From positions 158,162,001 to 158,226,000 of the forward strand of contig OX597814.1 in assembly GCA_951406725.2 (NCBI GenBank): a stretch of DNA of 64,000 nt, written 5' to 3'. Both the position numbers and the translations under genes were made by a program. The notes under the pieces were generated by a model that saw only the letters and a program-made list of their open reading frames with translations, was not told the DNA's origin and did no database searches. Source of the stretch: Octopus vulgaris. Taxonomy: Eukaryota. Below are positions 52,820-64,000 of the stretch, one piece after another (positions within the stretch are counted from its first letter, which is position 1; the number at the start of each line of letters is the position of its first letter).

Positions 52820-54598
52820 GTGAGTAATATACATTTTATACACAAACGCATACTCATAAACACAAACACACATATGCACTTCTCCCCCGCCTCTCTCTCT
52901 CTCTCTGACACACTTACACTTAAAGCTGTATCTAATATAATAAGCGATAACTATTTAATGATATACATACGTTAAATTTTTACTATTTTTTAACATTGTT
53001 ATAATTTTCCTTTGATATTATTGTCTGCTATCTGAAGAATTTAAGTTTTTTACGATGATAAAATATAGAAGTTATAGAGAATATAGCAAGTTTAGTCATT
53101 TAAATTCATACATATATATTTAAAGAATTAAATTATGTCATTATTTATTGTCAATACGTTTCAAAAGAAAATGTCTTTGCCTTTAAAAAGTATTCAAGTA
53201 AACATTTATTTTAGATTTTGTTTTATGTCTTGCACCTAATATTTTGGGAATACTAGGTATTTCGGGAATACTAGGCTTAATATTGTGCTGCAGATAAAAC
53301 ATTGTTCTATAAAATAAGTACCAATTGAAGACTGGGGTTGATATAATCAACTTACCTCCTCCACCTGAAATTGCTGGCCTTACGCCAAAATTTGAAATCA
53401 ATATCAAAAAACGACAGCAAAGCTACGAGTTGGCAAGATCATTAGCAAGCCGGGTAAAATGATTTAGCCAGCTAGTGTTGGCCAATCCCAAGATTGTGCC
53501 TAGTCAACACCATCCTTGCGAGCACTTCCTTTTCCAGGGCTCAAACGACCCGATCCACAACCACCTGAAGCAAATTCTGCTGTCTTCAATCCTAACATAA
53601 ATACTACTACACATAAATCATTCAACCACGGTAGTGGTTGAATATATTCTGAAGTCCACTTTTTCGTCAATCGCAGCAGCTTCCAAGCTTCACCATTAAT
53701 TCAGTTCTCAACTAAATTGCAAACTGTTAACAGTTTTAAAGAAGACACCTCCTCAGTTACACTTTGGTATAAATAGTTTGAGATTTGTATTAGTAGAAAA
53801 AAAGTTACATAAAAAAATCTGCGACCTCAAGGGGGGGCAGTAATTCCCCTTCAATTAACATAAACTTTTTAATTTTAAAATAAAAGTATACTTTTCTTAG
53901 GCTTAAATGGTAGAAAAATGTATGCAGGATTCAGAATTGTTAGTCGCATTGAACAAAAGTCAGTAGAAGGAAAGTTATGGGGTGAAATGCCACGATAAAT
54001 CGTGTCAGTAAGAGAGTAAGGTAGTAACGCTTAGCAATAAGAATAAAGAATATATTACTAAAATGAATGCTTCCTGCCCAAGGCAGCGATCTAGCAGAAG
54101 CGTTAGCGCGCCTGGTGACATGCTGAACGGTATTTCACCTGTGTTTACATTTTGAGTTCAAATTCCGCCGAGGTCGATTTCGGATCTAGTCAATTTGACG
54201 TACAGATTTTTTCCCGATACTAGAACAATGTGTCACGTACAACAGGGTTTATTCTTAACGTTTTTGACAAAATTTTGTATTTTAGAAGTTATTTCGTCAC
54301 AAGTTACAGAGTGACAATGGACAAATTTGTGTTTGATAAGTGCCAATACACGAAACTCAGCTTTTGATTTATTCTCTAACTTCTGACGATGATATATATG
54401 CATGTTATACATATATATGTAAAAAATATCATCACACAATCAAACCAATGAAAGAGCCTCTACTTAGTCGCTCGACACGCTAAAAATAGCAACCAATGAT
54501 TCCCCCTACCCAGTATTTTATAAGGTAAAATCCTAAATTATTAATTGACACATTATTAATTATCTTATAACAGCAATACCTGGAAAAATCATGGATTA

Positions 54599-55103
54599 CA
54601 TGGAAAAATGTGCACAGGAAAAGTAATATTCTTAAGATTATAAACCTGGAAAAGTACAGGACAGGTTATTACACCTGTAAAAGTACAGGACAAACTATTT
54701 CTTCAAGTAAAGTGAAAAATAAGAAACTTTTTACTTAAAATATTGCAGCTAAAATTAAAATTGAATATTAGAAAATATTTTATTATAGTTTACAAATAAC
54801 TCTATACTTATTTAAGTAGAATTTGGCTTAAATACAGAAAAAAGTGACTAATTAGACAAACTTACAAATTAGCTGAACAGTTTGTTTTGTATGATAAATT
54901 TAAAATTTGAGAACTGTAAAGATTGATAAATTAGAAGAACTGACATTTTTTTGCTGCAATATTTTAAGTAAAAAGTTTATTATTCTTTACTTTACTTGAA
55001 GTTATAGTTTGTCCTATACTTTTATAGGTGTAATAACTTGTTCTGTACTTTTCCAGGCTTATAATCTTAAGAATATTACTTTTCATGCTCGCATTTTTCC
55101 ATG
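54599..55103. mobile_element. MITE with about 150-bp TIRs and TA TSD in intron 2
   Basis: TA|catggaaaaatg...aagtaatattcttaagattata ... tataatcttaagaatattactt...catttttccatg|TA. Confidence 0.88.
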
Positions 55104-56033
55104 TAGTAATACATTTCTAAAGCTGTACGTTGCATTAAGCTTTAAAAAACGATTATATCGTAAATATTTGATTGTCTTATAATTTATAATTCTATATTGA
55201 AATACATTGCTGATTATTCTCTTTGGAATGAACATTTTACAGCTAGGTACAACTTTATTAAAGCGTTATGGTAACTCTGCATTATTGTAAAATTTAAGGA
55301 ATGTAATTGATACAAACATTTGCTGTACTTTAGCAAATTTAGAAAAGCAAAAGCATTATTTTCTTTTATAAAGAAGATCTATTCTGTTCTCCGTCTTTTA
55401 ATATAATCAGCTCATTTATTGACAATGGGAAAATCATACACAGTAAAAGTTATTAGACGATTATATTTTTTCCATGCATATCTTGTATAAATATTGTTCT
55501 CGCCTACTTCGATAGCCCACTAGTTTCCGAGTATCTAGATATGCTGATTTCTGTTATTTGCTCAAAACAAAATCTATAAAATCGACACTTGTAGAATACT
55601 ACTAGTTATTTTATCGACACTAGAAGTATGAGAAATCAAATTTTGAATTCGATTTACACCACATCGTCAAATTAGAATGCAAAAATCCGTGGTCAAATGA
55701 TGTAACGTTTTACCCCCAATTCAGTCGTTTCTCTCCCCACCACATCACTTCTGCTTAGTCCATATTTCCAATTCCTTAATTATGATAAAATTAAAAGATT
55801 TTGTCCGGTATGGCTTCACTTCATTGACTGAAACCAGTATATGTGAAAGGGTATATTTTTAGTTTTCTTTTGTTTCAAGCAGGTTGTTTTGAAACGCTTT
55901 TATTACCATGGAAACCATAGAAATGAGTTTTGAGTCTCTGAAAATAGAAACATTGTGAGCATAGTTTTACCGAATTATAGCTAAAACTCTGTCAATTTTA
56001 TTTTCAAACGTTGCCAGTCCATACACCCCCCCA

Positions 56034-56137
<104 letters not shown>

Positions 56138-56279
56138 TCTGTGTGTGTGTGTAGCCTATGCAGTAGATATATTAACAGAGCAAATTTACTATACAATGAT
56201 CAGCCTTAATTGACATTTGAACCTCACTGGATTCTCATCAGCAATGTCTACATCGTTATGACCAACCAGTACACCCACC

Positions 56280-56369
<90 letters not shown>

Positions 56370-57408
56370 TATATTATGTAGTTGTTGGTTACGGCCGGTT
56401 AGGTAGTTACTGTTGGTTTCCCCTATGGGATTGCGTGGAATGCTTATCTACTAATCCAAAGAAGATCCTGCCTACGCATTTTTTTTTTACGTTAAGCGAG
56501 AATGGTTGGGCAAAATAAAATACCTTACGGTATGTATTATAACTTTTATATCCTATCTCTAACCTCAGTAAATTCTCTGGTGAACATAAGCGTCCTAACT
56601 AAAAAAAAACCTATACTGAATAGGGTGAGGCTGCCCTGCCTCTATATTTGTTTGCTTTAAACTATGAAATTACTGCATTAGTATTCCGCCATAAGAGGAG
56701 ACTGTATGCACTCCTTATATCATTGTTGATCTTTATCAAAATATGTTTGCTCACCAGCCCGATATCCAATTTAATCAGGCGATACTTTGGGCTGGAGGCA
56801 GAATTCGGCTTGATGTGCGATGGTAATAGAAAGTATTTCTAAGTTACTTAATGAATAACAAGGAAGCAGGAATTGCATAATTAGTTTCACTAGCGTATAC
56901 CTATTCTCGTAAGTCTATGGTGACAAATAGATTAATAGACATATGTAAAATGTAGTCCGAATTAAAAGTATTAATTTTCTCAAGTAACTGTAATTGTCTA
57001 CTTGTGACGAAATGGCTTTATAACAGTTAGATTCGACCCCACGTTTTGCCGTGCAATCACAAATTGATCATGTCCGCAAACTTAATTTCAGTCCAATCAA
57101 CTGCTGTTGTTCAAGTGATAGTCTGGCGGCATAACTAGAAATTTCCGTGAACAGAGCTGATTTGAACGCGTAAACCTCAGAGTGATTCCAGTCCTTGTTG
57201 GAGTTCACTTCCAACTCAACCTTTTCACATCTACATATTCAAACTGGCGTGATAATTAAATAAAACAAACCACAAAAACAAGAATATGTAGAGATGTGTA
57301 AAAATTTGAATGTCTGACTAAGAATGTTTGTACTTCTAATATACGTGGTTTCATCTGAATATTCCTCTTCTAATAGTATCTGAACACTTTTTGTGCTAAT
57401 GTACCAAC

Positions 57409-57485
<77 letters not shown>

Positions 57486-58008
57486 TGTGTGTGAGTTTGT
57501 GTGTATGTGTGTGTGTGTGTGCGTGTGTGTGTGTGTGTGTGTATATATATACATAAAACAAGCCTTCTCCCTGTCTCGTCTCATAGATTAGAAGATAGTT
57601 TATCTGGGTGTTAGGAAAAGACTAGACAACCTATGCCATGAGAGAGATTGAAAAAATGCAGTGGCAAAGTCATATATATAAAGGAGAATTCTATTTAAAG
57701 TATGATAGGCGCACAAATTGCAATTTGCCGCTAATGAGTATGCATGTAACGGTGCAAAGTACTAAAATTATTCCGGATTTTAAAATATCCTCCGGTTTTT
57801 CAACTCACCTAAAAGCCTCTGAGCATACAAGCGGATCATTTGTCAGTTTGAAGTATGCAGCGGATAAAAACAGCTACCTTGAGTGTCGCTTCATCTTCTA
57901 GAGACTGCAGTCAGCTGTTTCTCGAAGTGGATAATATAATTCAGAACATATTGCCAGCATGGTTAACATACGATTTCAATAATAATATTAAAAAGATGAC
58001 ATGATAGT

Positions 58009-58067
<59 letters not shown>

Positions 58068-58117
58068 ATAATGAATTTCTGCATATGTTTGTCTCTATGA
58101 TCCACTTTTCCTTTCAG

Positions 58118-58353
58118 GTCTGTTGCGAAGCAAATGGTTCCATGTTGGAGTCTGTAAAGATGTTAGTAAGAACGTCTTTGTATGGCAGAATGGAGAAGCA
58201 CTTATATTTTCTTTCTGGAAAAGCGGTTCCCCTGACAATTATGGAGGCAATCAAAAGTGTACAGCTTTGGATCCACGCGATGGTCACAAATGGAATGATA
58301 TTGATTGTGTAACGGACCCCGGGATACATGTGTGCGAAATTGTTGTCCTTTAA
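58118..58353 (+). CDS. Exon 3 (terminal) of paralog B: C-terminal half of C-type lectin domain
   Basis: Acceptor cacttttcctttcag ends at 58117, phase 1. Translation LLRSKWFHVGVCKDVSKNVFVWQNGEALIFSFWKSGSPDNYGGNQKCTALDPRDGHKWNDIDCVTDPGIHVCEIVVL*. The three exons total 768 nt and are open throughout. Confidence 0.93.
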
Positions 58354-58471
58354 CTGCATGGTTGAAAACAGGAAATATATATATATATAACAAAGTGGAG
58401 TTGTAGGGTACCGCACGAGTGGAATTATATACGAAAGAAGGTTTGAAAATGCAATTTTAAAAGATGTTTAT

Positions 58472-58516
58472 TTACTTCACCGGTTTCACTCTTTGGAAAC
58501 AGATTGTCAAAAGTAA
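58472..58516 (-). ncRNA. Minimal hammerhead motif, U3-A8 core, non-cleavable GUG triplet in this copy
   Basis: Minus strand: ttactt-TTGACAA-tctgtttccaaagagt-GAAA-ccgg-TG-aagtaa; 6-bp stem I. Confidence 0.55.
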
Positions 58517-58584
58517 CATGTAGAAGTTTGGTTGCGTTAATTATTGGTTGTTACAAAATGCTACATTACATATATACAGTCTTT

Positions 58585-58970
58585 GGTAACAAGGACATGT
58601 TAAGGACATAAAAAAGTTTAACAAGTTCCTTAAAATATTGGGCACAAAAGATTACAACATAAATAATCATTCTCAAGAACATGTTAAAGATAGTTTCCAG
58701 AAGGAATTATTAAAAAGTTCAGTGGGATATTGGTATTGTAACTGTATATTCAAACACGCACAGAATATTGGTTGACACAGAGTACTACAATACATATATA
58801 TACATTCTTTGATGACAAGAGCATGTTAAGAACATAAAAAAATTTAACAAGTTCATTGAAATATTGGGCACAAAAGATTACAACAAATATATTATACATT
58901 CTCAAGATAATTTCCAGAAGGAATTATTAAAAAGTTCAGTGGAATATTGGTATACACGCACAGAATATTA
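58585..58970. repeat. Direct duplication with a period of about 230 bp within a Penelope-like remnant
   Basis: catgttaag.acataaaaaa.tttaacaagttc...atattgggcacaaaagattacaaca...tttccagaaggaattattaaaaagttcagtgg occurs twice. Confidence 0.85.
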
Positions 58971-61349
58971 TGAGTTCAAAAAGGTTTACATTATAATAGT
59001 AGGGAAGCTAAAACTGACCTGTCCACCATGTTAACGTAAAAGAATATTATCTATTTCAAGGGACACTGTAGGTGTGTTTGAGTGGGGAGAAGGAAAGGAG
59101 GAGTAATGTGGAACTGAAAAGAATTTCTCCTTTTTGTCTCTCCTTCAAGCATCAATGATTTGGGGGATTGGCTTTAGAGGTCAGGATGGTTTGAGTGTGT
59201 GTGTCTTTGTGTGTGTGTGTGTGTATATACATATGTGGTGTGAATAGATGTATCTGTGTGTTTGTAAAATCTGGTAGGATGGTGTGTGTATATGTGAACC
59301 CGTTTGTCAACCGTGTGTGTGATTGTCTTGGTGTTGTGAGTGTGTGTGTGTATGTATGTATGTGTGTGATATATATATATATATTATGTTTATTATATTA
59401 TGAAGATATAAATCTATATCTATATGTATCTATGTGTATAAATATGAATGTATGTATTATGTACGTGTGTGCGCGCGCGCGTGTGTATAAGAAGTTGAAA
59501 ATGTCCTGCGATTCGTTCAGATTTCTTTTTTTAACCGCTTTCACAGATTTTTCTGATTTTCAAAAGTTGAGATAGAAAGACATGGAACTGTGCTGAAATT
59601 GTCTCTCTTCTTATTGGGGTTTAAAATATCCTCTTGTTTTTATACGAAGAACGTGGCTCAAATTAGTATGTGTTTCGGATACGTTTTCATCGGCTGATGA
59701 TGATCACGCGATTAAGTTTATGTATGTATGTATGTATGTATGTATGTATGTATGTATGTATGTGACAGACGTCTCTCAGTTTCTGCCTAACAAATCAGCT
59801 CAAGAGGATTTGGTCAACCGTGGATGTAATAGAAGACATTTTTCCTCGGTGCCAAACAGTGGGACTGAAACCAAAACCACATGCTTTGGAACCAAGCTTC
59901 TTATCACACATCCATACACACACACACACATACACACACACAAACACACACACGCATACGTCTACTAATACTTGTTATAATTTTGAATTACAATAAAAAC
60001 AATTTCACATTAATCTGTTGAATTACTTTTTGTAGAGTTCATATTACTCTTTAACAAGAGTAATGTATGTATTATGTATGTATGTATGTATGTATGTATC
60101 TATGTATGTATGTATGTATGTATGTATTATGTATGTATGTATGTATGTATGTATGTATGTATGCATGTATGTATGCATGTATGTATGTATGCATGTATGT
60201 ATGTATGTATGTATCTATGTTTGTTTGTATGTGACAGACTTCTTTCAGTTTCTGTCAAACAAATCAGCTTCAAAGTTTTAGCTTGCTAGGCCATCATCGA
60301 TTTGTGGTACATTTGAGTTCATGTTGACGTTGAAGCTTTAACTGGTTCTCTGTTGAATGATAGTGTGGGATAAGTTGTGATGAATATGTTTTAATTGATG
60401 AATAGAAGATTTTATTGATTAAATTTGAAATTGTGTTATTGTTCAGATTTCAGTCATAGATATAGAATTTTGCAATCAGGCGTGTCTATTTGGGAGTGTT
60501 AGCTTCAGGTCATGGAGTTGGTGTCAGGGGTCCGGAAATGATACATAGGTAAAAACGCGGTTTGTTGGTCACCAGATGAATTACTGGTTTTTTGTTGTTG
60601 GTTTATTCGGATACTAATGGTAGATTTAACCTTTTGTTCCTAGTAATATGCAGGTTAAAATGATAGTTCAGTCAAGCGTATAAGCTTTTGTAATTAAGCG
60701 TGTTTATTTAGGTGCGTCAGCTTTTAGGTCATAGATTTTTTAAGGATTCACAAAAGAGTATGAATAGACGAAAAATGTTGTTGTTCAGCATATTCATTTG
60801 CTTGTTAGTGGTGTTATTTAGGATATTTCTTATTGTTGGTGTCACATGGGAGGTTTACTCTGTTTTGGGAAGAGTAAATTTTCTAAATAGTAATGATCTA
60901 ATGTATAGAACAATTAGCCTTAACTAACCTTCCTACATTCATTTGTGAACATTGAAGCACCAACTAAACAAATTTCTATACTAAGAGCATTATGACAAAG
61001 TTGACACACCTAAGTACAAAATCTTACATAGTTGATTAATAACCTCCACCTAGTTGATGGGTTAGCGGGCCGAAAACTTTGAAGTGACTTTCGATACTAT
61101 TTTTGTTAAAGAATTAAATCATATATGTATTTGTGTGTGTGTGTGTGCGGGCGCGCGCGCGTGTGTGTTTTTCTGTGAGTGTACATGTGTGCGTGTATGC
61201 GCGCATGTATGTATGTGTGTATATATATATAATATATATTTCTATATTAATAGAAATTGCAAGACAACAAAATTATGAAAGAGACCTCGATATTATGTAA
61301 ATAGAGGAATTTTATCTGTAAATATATGTGACAATTATTCGGTAGCCAT

Positions 61350-61410
61350 GATAAAACTCCGAGTTTCGAATGTCGGGGCGGAAACCCATGTCGGCAACTC
61401 TTCGGTTATC
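61350..61410 (-). ncRNA. Type I hammerhead motif (U4C core variant)
   Basis: Minus strand: gataa-CCGAAGA-gttgccgac...cgacattc-GAAA-ctcggag-TT-ttatc; 5-bp stem I. Confidence 0.65.
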
Positions 61411-61924
61411 GGGCAACCGAAAAAAATGCTATGAAAATGACTGTTACAACAAAAAGAAATTACTATGTGATTGACCGTTATTAAGACAAAGGCGCTATTA
61501 GAGTGACCGCTAAGTACGGGGAGGGAGTAAAGGTAAGAGAGTAAAAATGTTCATAGTAGTCGTGTAAGCGCGCATGTCCATACATACACATGCGCGCCCG
61601 CACACCCAGGTACATGCGCCTATATATATATACTCATCCACCCTCACTTGAAACACACACATACTCACCCACACATTCGCCAAAAAATATATACATACCC
61701 GCATACACGCTCGCGCACATACACGCACGCACAAAAAACGTTCATACACACGTCTATATACGCACATGCACAAGAAAAAAAATAGGGCTAAAGGCAAAAT
61801 ACAGAAAAATGTGTTAAAAAGTGTAAAAAATAAGCGATAAGAGTAAAACACGTCTATATACACACATGTCTGCGGGTATGTGTGTATATTGACGTGTGTG
61901 TGTGTGCGTGCATGCAATTATTGC

Positions 61925-62325
61925 GTGGAGACGCAATGGCCCAGTGGTTAAGGCAGCGGACTCGCGGTCGTAGGATCGCGGTTTAGATTCCCAGACCGGG
62001 CGTTGCAAGTGTTTATTAAGCGAAAACACCTATAAGCTTCACGAGGCTCCGGCAGGGAGTGTGTGGGCGAACCCTGCTGTACTCTTTCACGATAACTTTC
62101 TCTTACTCCTTCTTCCTGTTTCTGTTGTACCTGTATTTCAAAGTTGTACCTGTATTTCAAAGGGCCAGCCTTGTCACGCTGAATCTCTCCAAGAGCTACG
62201 TTAAGGGTACACGTGTCTGTGGAGTGCTCAGCCACTTGCACGTTAATTTCACAAGCAGGCAGTTCCGTTGATTGGATCAACTGGAACCCTCGTCGTCGTA
62301 ACCGACGGATTGCCAGAAAAAAAAA
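61925..62325 (+). mobile_element. tRNA-derived SINE family 3
   Basis: tggcccagtggttaaggcagcggactcgcg..ggtttagattccc tRNA-like head, 400-bp body, A-rich tail. Confidence 0.8.
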
Positions 62326-62741
62326 ATATAAACGTCTGTGATTTTGATGTGGATAAAGGAACTACTGTGATTTCAGAAGCCTTAAAAATTAGCGTAAAGC
62401 TTTACCTGTTGATAAATTTTGACATAGACCAAGTGATGGCAATATTCTTCGAATATATCTTCTAATAGTTCTGTTTTTTATTTTTCCTAAATGCGGACAG
62501 CATAATTATTATTTCTTTCATACATTCCGTTATATGATTTAGAAGAGTAATTAATATCGTAAATACTTGCTAAGTTAATGATATGGTTAATGATATAAAT
62601 TTCTATGCGGCATGATTTTTTATTCTACCCATTGCACATACCATCCCTGTCTTTATTTTTTACAGTTTAAAGAAATATGTGTAGGTCTGCAAAATAGGTG
62701 AGGATGGACAAAGGTGCTAAATAGGCGGGTTTTGAATAAAT

Positions 62742-62799
<58 letters not shown>

Positions 62800-64000
62800 T
62801 CTGCCAAACGATGACTTTCGACAAGCCCGAAACTGTAAAAACCTGGCAATCTAGAGTCAATAAAATCTTGGAAGGCTTGTTTTACAGCATCATCGGAATT
62901 CAAACTTTTCCTATCAAAATGTTATCCAAATTCCAGAAGAAGTGGTAATCGGTGGGGTCAAGATCAAGTGAGTATGGTGGATGATGGAGAAATTCCAACT
63001 CCAGCTCCTGTAGTTTCGCCAATGTTATTTTTGCGATGTGTGGTCTGACGTTGTCTTGCAATTAAATAGGTGGATTTGTTGACTAATCTAGGCTGTTCTT
63101 TTTTTGTAAGTTTCTGCATCATTTGGTCCAGTTGGCTGCAGTATACTTCAGCTGTGATTGATGAGCCATGTTTAATAAAATTATAATGGATCACACCTGC
63201 GCCAGACCATCAAACAAACACCATCAGCTTCTTTTGATGAATTTTGCTTTTTGGACTGTGTTTTAGTGGCCCGTCTTTGTCTAGCCATCGTGCTGAATAT
63301 TTACGGCTGTTGTATTTAATCCATGTCTCATCACATGTTACAATTCGATTCAAAAATGATTAATTTTTGTGACGAGAAAGTAACATAATACAGGCTTCCG
63401 AACTTTGATGTTTCTGATTTTCATTGATTTCATGTGGAACCCATTTATCCAACTTTTTCACTTTACCGATTTGAACTAGGTGAGTCAATATTGTGTTTGC
63501 TTGCTAACCCCAAACAACAACGATAATTCACGGGCACTTTGAAATGGTTCTGACTGGACGATGGCCTTCAGTTCGTCAGTGTCTACCTTTGTTTCTGGTC
63601 GACCGCGTTGCTCATTTGTGAGGTCAAGTTACGAGAACGAAATTTTGCAAACCAATTTGATACTGTCAGCTGTGTAATAACATTAGAATGAAATACCCCA
63701 TTAATATTCCGAGCCGTCTGTGATGCTGTACTTCCAAGAAAAACTCATATTTCAAAATTGTACGAATTTCCGACTTATCCATCTCTAAACTCATATTTCA
63801 AAACTGTACGAATTTCCGACTTATCCATCTCTAAACAAAGATAGCAATTTATAGACGATTTATAAATACTTTATAAATCGCAAAATTAGTTAGAATAAAG
63901 GAATAGATGTGTCAGCTTTGTACCAAAATATATTGTCAAAATATAATAATGGCGCAAAATGAGCAGCTGTCAAAGTTTACCATATACCTTACTACAAATT
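62800..64000 (-). mobile_element. Degenerate mariner, nearly full transposase, running off the window end
   Basis: MDKSEIRTILKYEF start (46-bp tandem duplication 63741-63832), DKWVPHE, IVTCDETWI, DLDPTDYHFFWNLDN. Confidence 0.9.

Noticed and set aside
59690-59720. CTGATGA followed by a short stem
   Set aside because: No GAAA or stem III before the microsatellite; at best a truncated remnant.
60300-61090. Possible minus-strand Penelope remnant
   Set aside because: Composition is suggestive, but I could not recover diagnostic motifs.
61925-62000. tRNA-like sequence
   Set aside because: Acceptor stem does not close and it continues into a 400-bp SINE body; the same applies to the other SINE heads.

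Overview
This is AT-rich, microsatellite-dense animal DNA. The SINE, LINE and mariner repertoire looks like an Octopus (coleoid cephalopod) genome, which is an inference from repeat families only. Host genes: (i) a complete three-exon gene on + (45058-45409, 52640-52819, 58118-58353; 768 nt, 255 aa) encoding signal peptide + PAN/Apple domain + C-type lectin domain, assembled by hand from GT-AG phase-1 introns, with exon 2 absent from the ORF track; (ii) the terminal exon of a tandem paralog at 790-1022. Both lectins have non-canonical sugar-site motifs (SPD, RPD) and a shared extra Cys. The rest is a transposon graveyard: two young tandem CR1-type LINEs, a rearranged RTE LINE, Hero, Dong/R4, Tx1/L1 and Gypsy fragments, several mariners, MITEs, non-autonomous Helitrons, SINEs and Penelope-like remnants. 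The most notable unannotated signal is about ten minimal hammerhead-ribozyme motifs from several unrelated Penelope-type repeat families, several with variant catalytic cores (C4, U3-A8, C6). There is also a pre-miRNA-sized hairpin and foldback structures around the CR1 pair. Almost all ORF-track entries are microsatellite or antisense artefacts. No database searches or folding programs were run, and repeat boundaries are approximate.
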